Positions 46,811 to 55,848 of a DNA stretch of 64,000 bases are shown in pieces (the stretch's first letter is position 1; every line of letters starts with the position of its first letter). Origin of the DNA: a virus. Its lineage: Duplodnaviria > Caudoviricetes. The translations under genes were made by a program, and so were the position numbers. Under the pieces are notes generated by a model. The model made no database searches, was not told the origin of the DNA, and worked only from the letters and a program-made list of their open reading frames with translations. The DNA lies in IMG/VR virus record IMGVR_UViG_3300032038_006680, positions 1 through 64,000 of that record, one strand, 5' to 3'.

Positions 46811-46839
46811 AGTATAATATACTGTCTATATATTGTAAA
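46811..46839 (-). promoter_or_regulatory. Sigma70-type promoter TTTACA-N17-TATACT for the recombination/RtcB operon
   Basis: Near-consensus hexamers with a 17-nt spacer. Confidence 0.7.
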
Positions 46840-46887
46840 GGTGAAAAAATATACTATCTGTATATTCTGAGAGAAAAAAAAAATTTA

Positions 46888-47247
46888 TTATTCGAGACCG
46901 ACATTCACGCTGTCTGACAGTTCTTCCTGAGCCTTATGTTTGGCCCATGCTGACTCAACTTTCTTTATCTGTGTTTTCGCGCCTTTGAGAGAAGTAACAA
47001 GCAGGTCACAGTAAGAGTTCAGTTTGTCGGTATCGACTTCGAACTCATCAACCATTTCCTGTATTTTATCAAAAAGTTTGAGTATTCCGTTGTCATGGAA
47101 ATAATTTCCGATTGGCGTTGATTCTTCTTGTCTGATTAGCACTGTTCTGCCTCTACTTTTTCTGAGATTTGGTAATCGTTTTCGGGATAAAAATATTTGC
47201 AAGATAAGCATTTTCTTTTCCGTGGTTTTCCAAAACGGTAAGCACAC
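46888..47247 (-). CDS. Hypothetical protein (true start probably internal)
   Basis: C-terminal ~75 aa look coding; 5' part overlaps a separate 56-aa Cys-rich ORF starting at 47306. Confidence 0.4.
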   Translation of the reverse strand: MCLPFWKTTEKKMLILQIFLSRKRLPNLRKSRGRTVLIRQEESTPIGNYFHDNGILKLFDKIQEMVDEFEVDTDKLNSYCDLLVTSLKGAKTQIKKVESAWAKHKAQEELSDSVNVGLE

Positions 47248-47369
47248 ATCGTACAGTTTATTGACAAATATTTTCTAAACCTGTTTCTTTTTTTATAAGC
47301 TTTCATATTTTACCTTTGTCTACTTTAATGGTGGCGAAAAAGGACGCCTGGTAGCAATAGAATTTTGGA

Positions 47370-47560
47370 TTGAAGTACCCCCAGCTAAGCAAAGGGATTC
47401 CGACGGCTCTCACGAGACTCGTCTTTCTGTTTCAACGGACGCTCCGAAATGAACCAAAGCGAGTTCAGCCATTCCTTCCACGCCCTCCGCAGACCTAAAT
47501 TCCTGTCCTTCCGACAGTATTTTTATTGCGTTAAGTTTCAAGTTGATTGCCGCATTTACA
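47370..47560 (-). ncRNA. Predicted omegaRNA/reRNA scaffold; guide would continue as TCCAAAATTCTATTGCTACC
   Basis: Established TnpB architecture (scaffold overlaps tnpB 3' end and right end, guide is flanking DNA); 5' boundary is a guess. Confidence 0.6.
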
Positions 47561-48663
47561 TCACGGTTATGCTCTGTATGACATACAGGACAAACCCAGT
47601 GACGAGTAGAAAGCGTCAAATCCGTTTTCTTATATCCGCAAGTATGGCACAGTTTGGAACTCGGAAAGAACCTGTCGGACTTCACGACCGAACACTCAAA
47701 TCTGTTTGATTTATCAATCAGTCTAGCTGTGAATGTTCCCCATGAAGTATCAACATAGTTTCTTGCGTTCCTGCTGGCTCTCAGAAGACCTTTGGTTGTC
47801 AAATCTTCGATTCCAATCACATTGAAGCTCCTGACAAGCCTGAGCGTTTCTTTCTCAATCCAGTCCTTTCGTGAAGAAGCAATGTGCTGTTCTAAGCGGG
47901 CAACTTTTATTCTTGCTTTTTCACGATTCTTAGAACCTTTCCGTTTCCTTTCAAGCCGTCTCTCCAGCTTTCTCAATTGTTTAAGATGAGCCTGCTTCTG
48001 CGGGATATATCCAAAATCCCTGCATGTCATGCCGCATGATGAAACATACAAATCAGCAGGAGAGAAGTCTAAACCTATCGCTTGGTTCTCGCTTTTAGAT
48101 TTAGGCTGTTCTTCTACCTCAAAAAGTATGCTTGCGTAATACTGACCGCTAGGATTCCTGCTTACGGTTATGTTGCGGACCTTATCATCAACATTGAGCC
48201 ATTTGGGAAGCTCCCGGTTTCTGAACCTGACTTCACCGATTTTAGGAAGCGTTATCCTTCTTGCGTTCCAAAAGAACTTGCAGTTATTGTTGATGTTTAT
48301 CTCCCTGTATGAGTTCTTCTGTTTCTTTGAATGAAACCTTGGAAACTTTGCAAGACCTTTGAAGAACCTCTGGAACGCTCCCTCTTGGTCTCTCCGTGAC
48401 TGCTGCAAAGCAACGGAGCTTACCTCTTTCATATACTCATACCGTTGTTTCAATTCTTTTTCGGTAGGTGCCTTGTACGACTTGTATAAAGCGGCTTTCT
48501 CCTGTTTGGTAAGTTCCTTATCTTTTATGTTCTCATCATAGAAATCTAATCGTGAAGCAAGCATGGTGTTGTATACCTGACGACAACAGCCAAGCGTCTT
48601 GTTTATTAAGACAGCCTGTTCTTGAGTCGGATATATTCTTACTTTTAATGACAAGTGTTTCAC
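47410..48663 (-). CDS. tnpB: TnpB RNA-guided nuclease
   Basis: N-terminal LKVRIYPT..Q; RuvC-I GLDFS, RuvC-II IEDL, CHTCG...CPVC Zn finger, RuvC-III RDVNAA; all three acidic residues present. Confidence 0.95.
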   Translation of the reverse strand: MKHLSLKVRIYPTQEQAVLINKTLGCCRQVYNTMLASRLDFYDENIKDKELTKQEKAALYKSYKAPTEKELKQRYEYMKEVSSVALQQSRRDQEGAFQRFFKGLAKFPRFHSKKQKNSYREININNNCKFFWNARRITLPKIGEVRFRNRELPKWLNVDDKVRNITVSRNPSGQYYASILFEVEEQPKSKSENQAIGLDFSPADLYVSSCGMTCRDFGYIPQKQAHLKQLRKLERRLERKRKGSKNREKARIKVARLEQHIASSRKDWIEKETLRLVRSFNVIGIEDLTTKGLLRASRNARNYVDTSWGTFTARLIDKSNRFECSVVKSDRFFPSSKLCHTCGYKKTDLTLSTRHWVCPVCHTEHNRDVNAAINLKLNAIKILSEGQEFRSAEGVEGMAELALVHFGASVETERRVS

Positions 48664-48678
48664 AGTTCTATCACCTAT

Positions 48679-48755
48679 ATATCACTATTATATCTAATAT
48701 CTTTTATATGTCAAGGTTATATCTACTTGAAATATCTAAGATATTGATTTATTAT
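48679..48755. promoter_or_regulatory. Divergent tnpB / RHH promoters covered by ATATC(T/A) repeats
   Basis: Minus TTGACA(48714-09)-N16-TATAAT(48692-87); plus TTGAAA(48727-32)-N17-TATTAT(48750-55); five ATATC(T/A) copies plus one inverted AGATAT. Confidence 0.75.
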
Positions 48756-48762
48756 TATTCCC

Positions 48763-48909
48763 ATGATTGGAAAAAACAGTACAAAACTCATATTCACATT
48801 GCCTAAAACTTTATATTCTCAGTTGAAACAGGAGGCTGAAGAACAGAACAGAAGCATGGCAAATCTCATCGTTGTTATACTGACTGATTACTTCAAGAAG
48901 AAAAGGTGA
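48763..48909 (+). CDS. 48-aa ribbon-helix-helix (Arc/CopG-like) regulator inside the IS
   Basis: MIGKNSTKLIFTLPKTLYSQLKQEAEEQNRSMANLIVVILTDYFKKKR; alternating beta strand then LY..LK..A...NRS..NLI; not in the ORF track. Confidence 0.8.
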   Translation: MIGKNSTKLIFTLPKTLYSQLKQEAEEQNRSMANLIVVILTDYFKKKR

Positions 48910-48921
48910 TTCATCTTCCTC

Positions 48922-49107
48922 CTAAAGGAAAGGGGTTTCTCGTCCTTTTTCTCCACCAATAAATGTTGAAACTTCGATAGATGTAAGTCTTGTTTTCCCA
49001 AAACGACGACCTACAGACAAGGAAGATATAAGCTTCTCTCTATTTATTCTATTTATCTCGTTTGCACGATACCATGATTTCGGTTTTATATATGCTGTCC
49101 AATTCAT
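48922..49107 (-). pseudogene. 5' part of a 71-aa ORF interrupted by the TnpB element (3' part 47303-47369)
   Basis: Joining 48959 to 47369 gives ...VSTFIPKFYCYQASFFATIKVDKGKI*, whose stop overlaps the next ATG (ATGA). Confidence 0.7.
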
Positions 49108-49108
49108 A

Positions 49109-49552
49109 TTATTTTCTTCTTTTACCTAATGTGAATTTTGCTCCACAGGCAACGCAAATACCATTAAAAGACCCTTTTCTTGATTGTTTTAATGTTCCAT
49201 TACATTTTACGCACTTCACTTGACTGATTCGATTTTTCATAAATTCATCAATTTGTGAGGAATGATTTTTTCTAGGCTTGCGTTTTATCAATCCTAATTG
49301 CATTGCTATTTGTTTATATTCTTTCCCCACCCAGGCGTCACAATCTCCGTCACCTAGCATTTCGCCCAGACGGATAAATTGCGACCATAAGAACTCGTTA
49401 TCATCAAATGATTTGTTCATAAATTTATTTGACCTTTTCATAAATATAACTTGGACATAATATGTGATTACAAAGACCTTTTTCATCATATAAACAAAAA
49501 CAATAGTTCTCCCAAGTAAGGTTCCCCTGTACCTCATAACTGCCATCATCAT
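49109..49552 (-). CDS. Hypothetical Zn-ribbon protein (start probably internal)
   Basis: CVKC...CVAC. Confidence 0.5.
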   Translation of the reverse strand: MMMAVMRYRGTLLGRTIVFVYMMKKVFVITYYVQVIFMKRSNKFMNKSFDDNEFLWSQFIRLGEMLGDGDCDAWVGKEYKQIAMQLGLIKRKPRKNHSSQIDEFMKNRISQVKCVKCNGTLKQSRKGSFNGICVACGAKFTLGKRRK

Positions 49553-49814
49553 TCGTTACTTTTATTAAATCACCTTCACAGCAAGGTGTTCCATTCTTAT
49601 CCTGAATATATCCGCCTCTCGTAAGATGAGATTCTATTCCTGGCAGGGAATCAAGAAATGCCATAGCTTTCTTATAATCATCGTTATAGGCTTCGTGCTG
49701 TCCGTTCCATGCAGGGTCAATATTGTTTGTCTTGGCGATGTTGATTTGTTTCTTGATCCAATCAACAAGTTCCTTAGTTTCCTGCTTCATTGTCTTGCCT
49801 CTCATAAGATTCAA
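49425..49814 (-). CDS. YopX-like protein
   Basis: YIQDKNG.PC.EGDLI motif. Confidence 0.5.
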   Translation of the reverse strand: MNLMRGKTMKQETKELVDWIKKQINIAKTNNIDPAWNGQHEAYNDDYKKAMAFLDSLPGIESHLTRGGYIQDKNGTPCCEGDLIKVTNDDGSYEVQGNLTWENYCFCLYDEKGLCNHILCPSYIYEKVK

Positions 49815-50136
49815 TCAATTTATTTATGTACCACACGGACTTTTTAAGCTCTTGTACGACTTCATCTTTCTTACCTGCCCTGCAAAGGTATTTTATTGCG
49901 TTACAGTGGAGAAAACCCCTGTACTCTTCTTCCGATACCCATGCTTTAAGTACCTTCACACATTCGTAAGTCGTGTCTCCGCCATATCGTGCAGGATGAT
50001 TGATAACTTTCTTGTCATCTTCGAATTTAAGTTCATTTGTATATGCTTTCATCTCCTTGCCGAAAACCTCATCTGCGTAAAATGGTGCACACCCAATTTC
50101 TTTTAGTCTGTCGTCAATCAATTTCTTATTGTTCAT
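49774..50136 (-). CDS. DUF3310 (T7 gp1.7-like nucleotide kinase) protein
   Basis: INHPARY...ECV....GFLHCNAIKYL.RAGKK....ELKK..WYI. Confidence 0.8.
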   Translation of the reverse strand: MNNKKLIDDRLKEIGCAPFYADEVFGKEMKAYTNELKFEDDKKVINHPARYGGDTTYECVKVLKAWVSEEEYRGFLHCNAIKYLCRAGKKDEVVQELKKSVWYINKLIESYERQDNEAGN

Positions 50137-50160
50137 TTTTCTTGCTTCTCCTTATGCTCT

Positions 50161-50487
50161 TTACTTCCCTATTTTTACGCTTCCACCTGCGTCAACATCA
50201 CCACCAACAGTCCCGCAAACAACAGAACCGCCTGCATCGACTCTTCCTCCGACATTTCCACAGTGACACGAGCCACCACAATCTATATCTCCCTTAACAT
50301 TGCCAGTAATATGAACGCTTCCCGCACATTTTATGTTTCTGACATCGCCCGTGATATAGACATCTTTGAACTTTGTGTTTTCATCGCCGACTTTCACTTC
50401 TTCGCCGTCAACGAATACTTTTCCGTTTTTGACGGTGATGTTACCGCCCGTAATATTTTCAAAGCAAATACCGTTAATCTGTATCAT
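50161..50487 (-). CDS. Short beta-helix repeat protein
   Basis: G(D/N)V.(A/C)GGSV.(C/I) repeats. Confidence 0.6.
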   Translation of the reverse strand: MIQINGICFENITGGNITVKNGKVFVDGEEVKVGDENTKFKDVYITGDVRNIKCAGSVHITGNVKGDIDCGGSCHCGNVGGRVDAGGSVVCGTVGGDVDAGGSVKIGK

Positions 50488-50499
50488 TTATTCCTCCTT

Positions 50500-50778
50500 T
50501 TACCAATAGATCGAAATTGTCTTATCCATATTGACTTTGTATGAAAAATGCTTGTCGCTGAGTTCCTTGACGACAAGGTTTATCGGAGAGCTGAACCTCG
50601 ACTCATCAATCTCAATGTCGACTTCCATAAGAATGTCGCTGACTGATATGGTCACTTTCGTGTAGCCACGGTCAGCACCTCTCGCAATTTTAGCTGCGAC
50701 TCAGTTCATAATCGCCTTGAATCGCGGGGTGTTCTTGATTGTGAGTTTCCTGTAAGATTTTGCGTTTCTCAGTTTCAT
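50500..50778 (-). pseudogene. 92-codon ORF with one in-frame TGA at codon 26
   Basis: MKLRNAK...AIMN*VAAKIARG...ISIYW*; GGAG RBS upstream; exactly fills the gap between neighbours. Confidence 0.6.
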
Positions 50779-50780
50779 TT

Positions 50781-51470
50781 TTACTGCTCCTTCCTGTTCG
50801 TTTTCCTCTGCTCGTATTCTTCTTTGGTTATTTCAACCATATTGCCGTCTTTCTCTCCGTAATAGCGGTTGATTTCAACTTTCTTTCCATTGGGAGTAAT
50901 GCAATACAAAATAGCTTCGGTATTGTAGTCACCGTTATCACCCTCAAACCCCTTTGCAATGAATGATTCCGTGTACACCTTATCCCTGTCTTTTTCAGGA
51001 TAGTAAGGAAAAGTAATCGGAAAAATCTCGTTTACGATTTTGGAAACAAGACCACTTGAATATCCGTGACCTTTCTCATCAATTCCGACATAGCGGGAAT
51101 TGTCACCGTATGACACAGAACCATTTTTATTCACAGTTTTGAACAGTGATGAAAGTCTGTTGCACTGGTACACGGTTTCATCACTGTTATCTGAAAAACC
51201 CTTAATCTCATTCCAAACATCTTCAGTGTCCTCTATCGGTGTGAGAGGTCTTTCATTCAAAAGCCTTTCAAGAATGTTTCTTGTTATTGCAAAAGAAGCA
51301 CCACTATGGTCATCTTCCATAAGCGACTTGTATGCTTTCAAGGCACTCTGATAACAGCTGCATCCATAATCAAAATTCTCTCCGTTCCAGTTAGGATTTT
51401 CCTTCTTACAGGCAATCTTTACTTCATTCTCAGCCCATTTAGTCATTGACATTTTATTTCCTCCATTCAA
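50781..51470 (-). CDS. Conserved phage hypothetical protein
   Basis: WAENEV.IA, HSGASF, PLTPIED motifs. Confidence 0.6.
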   Translation of the reverse strand: MNGGNKMSMTKWAENEVKIACKKENPNWNGENFDYGCSCYQSALKAYKSLMEDDHSGASFAITRNILERLLNERPLTPIEDTEDVWNEIKGFSDNSDETVYQCNRLSSLFKTVNKNGSVSYGDNSRYVGIDEKGHGYSSGLVSKIVNEIFPITFPYYPEKDRDKVYTESFIAKGFEGDNGDYNTEAILYCITPNGKKVEINRYYGEKDGNMVEITKEEYEQRKTNRKEQ

Positions 51471-52128
51471 TCTTTTTCTTTTCTGATAAACCGCAACATT
51501 TTGTCTCTGTGCAGTAACTGACTTTCATACATTTAGGAACAAATAGATTTTTAGCAACCTGTTTCCATTCATCGTCAATCTCAGAAAGCTGAACCGAAAG
51601 CAAAGTTGCAAACGCCCGCATTTCTTTATAAGCCCTCGTACAAAGTCGCTGGTTCATAAGGTTCTCAATCATTCTAAGGTTAGTCTTCATAACGACCTTA
51701 GACATCATTCCGAGAGGCAGTAAATTGGCAGCGTCCTCTTTCTTCATACCTTCCTCGATCAGAAGCTTGTAGTAATGAGCGGCAGATTCCATAGCCTCGT
51801 CATAAAGCTTCTTCAAGTCTTCGTTTTCAGTCGGCGTGTAATACGAAAAGTTGTCGTAATCAATGTATCTTGTCGAAGCCTGTAAGCGTGTCGGCCCGCC
51901 TGCGATGTGCGTGTACAATTCTCGAACGGCTCTTGCTGACATATCCTCTACGACGAACTCCACAGAGACATACTCAAGTACGCGACCGTGACCGCTCTTT
52001 ATGCAGTCAATGGCACGCCTGACGTTCTTATCTTTGTCTGAAATGTCTCCGCCCCAACAGATTCCGGCTCTCTCGCCTATCGTCTGGAGCGGATTTTTAG
52101 TTGTTCCGTTCAGTATTGTTATTTTCAT
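51454..52128 (-). CDS. thyX: FAD-dependent thymidylate synthase ThyX (variant motif)
   Basis: GHGRVLEY, SARAVRELYTH...LQASTRY, KEDA..LLPLG, N.R, RLC..A..EMR. Confidence 0.8.
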   Translation of the reverse strand: MKITILNGTTKNPLQTIGERAGICWGGDISDKDKNVRRAIDCIKSGHGRVLEYVSVEFVVEDMSARAVRELYTHIAGGPTRLQASTRYIDYDNFSYYTPTENEDLKKLYDEAMESAAHYYKLLIEEGMKKEDAANLLPLGMMSKVVMKTNLRMIENLMNQRLCTRAYKEMRAFATLLSVQLSEIDDEWKQVAKNLFVPKCMKVSYCTETKCCGLSEKKKIEWRK

Positions 52129-52253
52129 TTAATCTCCTTTCTGTCTCCATAAATAACAAGGGCAGTCTGTAAATATAAAGCCAAGGCATATATAGCCATC
52201 GCACCCGCCATTACTGTGATAAAAGACACAATTTTCTTTTGATTTTTCTATCT

Positions 52254-52466
52254 TTAAGAAAATTTGACAGCGTCTTTTACCCTTGTATCATTCTTCCATT
52301 CTTCAAACAACTTTTCTGCTTTTTCATAAGCACAGTTCGGAACATCCATTTTTGAATCTGGATTTGCTTTGTAATATAAAGCGTGTGCAATTGCTTCTAT
52401 CATATCAGTCCTGTTAAAGAGATAATAAGTTTTGTTATCTCGCTTAATCTCAAAGCCTTTCACCAT
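52254..52466 (-). CDS. Hypothetical protein
   Basis: GAAGGAG RBS. Confidence 0.5.
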   Translation of the reverse strand: MVKGFEIKRDNKTYYLFNRTDMIEAIAHALYYKANPDSKMDVPNCAYEKAEKLFEEWKNDTRVKDAVKFS

Positions 52467-52637
52467 TCAATCTCCTTCTCCATAATTACAGCCAATTTAT
52501 AAGCTAGTTTATAAATCTTTTTACACAATCTCTATGCTTTAGGATTCTTGAATCGCTTATAATCTCCTTCCGCACCAATATCTAAAAAATTCACGAGATC
52601 AAATAAGGCTTTCTTTCTTCCTCGTTTTTATTCATAT

Positions 52638-53003
52638 TTATTTAATCTCCTTTGGCGGTATGATTTCTTTCCAAGCATAAGGACAACAAACTTCTTTATG
52701 TTCTTGATTAGTCCAACTCAAAAATAATTCTTCATATTTAGCAACATAATAGATACCATTAGAAGAAATACACCACTTGTAATCTTCATCTTTCGGTAAA
52801 TCTCCGTCTTTCACAAAATGCCATTCATTAGCCTTGTCATAGCCGAACTCTGCACCTTGCTGAAAGGCTTCCTGTATAGTCACATTTATTACGCTTTTTG
52901 CATATTCAGAACCATCATTCCTTTTAGCCGCTTCATAATGAGTGTGTAAAAGTTTATACTCTTCTGCTTCTTTCTCAAACATAAATTTACTCCTTAAAAA
53001 CAA
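52638..53003 (-). CDS. DUF551-like modular protein
   Basis: EKEAEEY N-module; WH.VKDGDLP ... AWKEI..P. Confidence 0.6.
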   Translation of the reverse strand: MFLRSKFMFEKEAEEYKLLHTHYEAAKRNDGSEYAKSVINVTIQEAFQQGAEFGYDKANEWHFVKDGDLPKDEDYKWCISSNGIYYVAKYEELFLSWTNQEHKEVCCPYAWKEIIPPKEIK

Positions 53004-53208
53004 CCACCATAAATAGTTTCAAGAATATGTGGGATACTTCTTTTTTTTGTGTATTCTTCATACACTTCTAAAGCTTTTTGAAATTCAATATCCCTTGCTT
53101 CTTCTGTTGTAAAAATATCAGAAATATACACGACTTTCTTACCACTCATAACTATAATTTGTTTTCCGCTCATAATTTACTCCTTAATCAAACAGTGTCG
53201 GTGAATTA

Positions 53209-53403
53209 TCAACAGATTTTTCTACCTTTACTCCATTCCCGTTCGATTTTTCGCACTACGGCTTCCATTCCTTGAAAAGAAACACTTCCGAGACAGTCAG
53301 CCATATATGCAAAAGCAACTATCTGCCCTTTCTCAAAGGCGGTTGCCTTGTCGGCAACTTCACCTTTTATTTCCTCGTATTCGTCAAGGCTCATAAGTAT
53401 CAT
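53209..53403 (-). CDS. Small hypothetical protein
   Basis: Coupled to the upstream gene. Confidence 0.45.
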   Translation of the reverse strand: MILMSLDEYEEIKGEVADKATAFEKGQIVAFAYMADCLGSVSFQGMEAVVRKIEREWSKGRKIC

Positions 53404-54101
53404 TCATACACTCCACAAAGGCTTCCGTCAAGAAATGTGTACATCTCAAACAATCGGTCAAATGTTATCGGCTTTGCTTTAACACCGACCTCGACAAAAT
53501 TATCACCGAAGCCGACAATCATTCTTCTTCTGCCGTCAACCTTGTGCTTCACCCAAATGTCAACCATCTGCAACGGATTTACTGAATATCCGACTTTTTC
53601 ATGTTCCCAATAATAAACAAGCTCATTACAACTTTTGAATGGTCGGAATGTTTTTTCTTTTGTTCCATTCCAATGCGAAAGAATCCTTTGAAAGACATTA
53701 TCAGCAGTAAGGTTTCCCAATACAGAATCATCTTTTTCTTCTTTTTCTGTTAAAAGTCCTCGTATTTCAAGAAGGTCGTTTTGACTTCCATAACTGAATA
53801 AATGTTCAATTACAGAACACACACACTTTTCGTCTTTTGGATAGCAAATCTGATAACCATTTCTAAAATCGTTATGCTCTATCCATTTAAACGGAATATG
53901 ATTTTCTTCAAGCAGCGATTTCAGTTTGAATATTTCGTTATATTTTTCTGACGGTTTTACTCGATACAATTTGGCATCAAAACCTGCAAAATTAGGGTCT
54001 GATAAATCACACCATTCATTACCAATTTTATGTTGAATAGTCTTTCCATTTGCATAAGCCTGTATTATCGGCAGCAGTTCTTTTGCTCGTTCTTTAGTCA
54101 T
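53400..54101 (-). CDS. Modular hypothetical protein
   Basis: AKELLPIIQAYANGKTIQ N-module. Confidence 0.6.
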   Translation of the reverse strand: MTKERAKELLPIIQAYANGKTIQHKIGNEWCDLSDPNFAGFDAKLYRVKPSEKYNEIFKLKSLLEENHIPFKWIEHNDFRNGYQICYPKDEKCVCSVIEHLFSYGSQNDLLEIRGLLTEKEEKDDSVLGNLTADNVFQRILSHWNGTKEKTFRPFKSCNELVYYWEHEKVGYSVNPLQMVDIWVKHKVDGRRRMIVGFGDNFVEVGVKAKPITFDRLFEMYTFLDGSLCGVYE

Positions 54102-54719
54102 TCAGCTTTTACTCCTTACATACTTCTGCATATCAAGCACCTTTATCTTGGGGCTGTCCTCATATTCCCAATCCCAAATCATCCAGCAACTGACAATCAT
54201 TCCCACAGAAACCTTGCCATTCACTTCCGGCTTATCAAAGGCTATCATGCGGTCAAAAGGTAATACCCATTTCAAGTTCTCCCATAAGCCGCCCACATTG
54301 CGGTTATGAGCACCGAAGAAGTTCATCTTGCCGATAGAGTAAACATATTTCGCCTGCGATTTTGCTTTCTTCACGAACTCGTCAAAGAGTTTGAAAGGCG
54401 GGTTCATAATGATTACATCGTACTCCGTAAGGTCTGCGTACCTTCCGTCCTTATTCTTTTTGAGGAAATCATCGCCGTACATAATGTCCTTTTCAGTGAT
54501 GTTCGTATAACCGTAACCTCTCAGCACATTGCCGATTGCGTAATATCCACAACAGGGGTCGAATATCCTTAAATTGTCCTTGTCCGCAAACTGTGTGAAC
54601 AGTCCGCTTTCAAGAAGTTCTTTAACCATACAAGAAGGAGTCGGATAAAAATCTCCCCGTGGTCTCTGAGACTCAGGCTTTCTGTTTGCGTATGCTTTAC
54701 CTTTAAACATCAGATACAC
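54102..54719 (-). CDS. DNA adenine methyltransferase
   Basis: DFYPTP, FDPCCG (SAM binding), IMNPPF catalytic motif. Confidence 0.85.
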   Translation of the reverse strand: MYLMFKGKAYANRKPESQRPRGDFYPTPSCMVKELLESGLFTQFADKDNLRIFDPCCGYYAIGNVLRGYGYTNITEKDIMYGDDFLKKNKDGRYADLTEYDVIIMNPPFKLFDEFVKKAKSQAKYVYSIGKMNFFGAHNRNVGGLWENLKWVLPFDRMIAFDKPEVNGKVSVGMIVSCWMIWDWEYEDSPKIKVLDMQKYVRSKS

Positions 54720-55422
54720 CTCTTTTTATTTCTTCCAGAAGTTTTCTTGGAATGCGAGGGCCACAGTGTAATCCCCAGCGGTAGATTTTCACCCTGTCTT
54801 TTCCAATGGCTTCGTACAGCATCTTCTTGTCAATATTTGTTGTCGGAGTTGCAGTAATGAATATTTTCTTAACCTTCCAGTTCGGCTGATGATTGGCAAG
54901 ATAATCATTCTGTGCAATAAGCTTCACAGGGTCGTCGCAGTCATCCGCAATCAGAATGCCAGGAATATCAGAACCAGGTAAGTAAGCCTTTGCAATATCA
55001 AAGGTTGGAAAAAATGTAATTCTGCTATTCTCGTTCTTGATTTGCAAATTCATAACTGAACGCTCTGTAACTCCAATCTGGTATCGAGATTTGTTATACA
55101 TCCACATTGCCCTTATAGAATTGCCACACAAAACCCCTATTTCTTTATGATTTTCAAAGGCTTTTCTCATAAGTTGAAAGACCGTAAATGTCTTTCCGCT
55201 CCTTCTGCGTCCGTATACGATTACGATGGGCTTCCTGCAATGCAGGGCAAACCACTGACAGAGATAGAACTTTGTTTTCTGTCTTTTCACCTTTAATGAT
55301 TTAAGTCCACTTTCCTTTTTAAATCGTGATTCGATTTCTTTATTAGCTTTCGTTATGGAAATTAAGCAGACAATCTGAAAGAGTGCACAAATAATCTGTA
55401 TTAAAGCTAGAACAATTCTCAT
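54703..55422 (-). CDS. N-terminal TM + P-loop ATPase resembling a terminase ATPase lobe
   Basis: YGRRRSGKT Walker A, LIADD Walker B-like, FITATP motif III-like. Confidence 0.55.
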   Translation of the reverse strand: MRIVLALIQIICALFQIVCLISITKANKEIESRFKKESGLKSLKVKRQKTKFYLCQWFALHCRKPIVIVYGRRRSGKTFTVFQLMRKAFENHKEIGVLCGNSIRAMWMYNKSRYQIGVTERSVMNLQIKNENSRITFFPTFDIAKAYLPGSDIPGILIADDCDDPVKLIAQNDYLANHQPNWKVKKIFITATPTTNIDKKMLYEAIGKDRVKIYRWGLHCGPRIPRKLLEEIKRGVSDV

Positions 55423-55566
55423 TTATTCCCCTTACAGTATTTTACCCAAATCTCAACGGCTACTTCCCGCCCGTATTTTTCCTGAATGTATTTAAGAGCT
55501 TTTATGTCACCGACATCACTCTGCTCTGCCATAATCGCAAACCGCTCAAAGGCTTCGTACTCAAGT

Positions 55567-55848
55567 TCAGGCATCTGTGCTCCCGATTGTCAGAAGCTCG
55601 ATGCACTTCACGAGAATGTCAGTCCTTTTCTTATAAAGCGTGTCGAATTCATCAATCTGTTCATTCATTTTTTTTACAAGGAAGCCAGCGAATATGTCGT
55701 TTTCCAACTCTTTGTCATGTTCCCGTATCTCGCGAACTTTGCGAAGATTACCGTGAACCGTATCACAGCAATCATTAAGCTTTTGCAAGTCGGCCCTGAG
55801 ATAAGTGAGAATGAAATCTGCGTCTTTTTGAGTGAGAGTTATGTCCAA
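55567..55848 (-). CDS. Hypothetical helical protein
   Basis: GAGGG RBS. Confidence 0.5.
   Translation of the reverse strand: MDITLTQKDADFILTYLRADLQKLNDCCDTVHGNLRKVREIREHDKELENDIFAGFLVKKMNEQIDEFDTLYKKRTDILVKCIELLTIGSTDA

Larger units (their letters stand above)
47370..48958 (-). mobile_element. IS200/IS605-family (IS1341-like) element: tnpB + RHH gene, no tnpA
   Basis: Right end GAAT-CCCTTTGCTTAGCTGGGGG-TACTTCAA (IS608-like guide GAAT and TCAA cleavage site); left end after TTTAT with a related hairpin; removing it rejoins an open 71-codon ORF. Confidence 0.85.

Noticed and set aside
46310-46870. 186-aa plus-strand ORF
   Set aside because: Antisense to two leftward genes and their promoter; no recognisable motif
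47370-48958. IStron (self-splicing group I intron around tnpB)
   Set aside because: Only ~50 nt lie between the RHH stop and the left end and no group I core elements were recognised
39588-50778. Genome-wide stop-codon reassignment (in-frame TGA at 50701, open frames after TGA at 39750 and 40105, TAG at 27721)
   Set aside because: Well-defined genes (dut, int, tnpB) end at TGA at the expected place, many use ATGA/TGATG coupling, TAG also ends genes normally, and no suppressor anticodon was found
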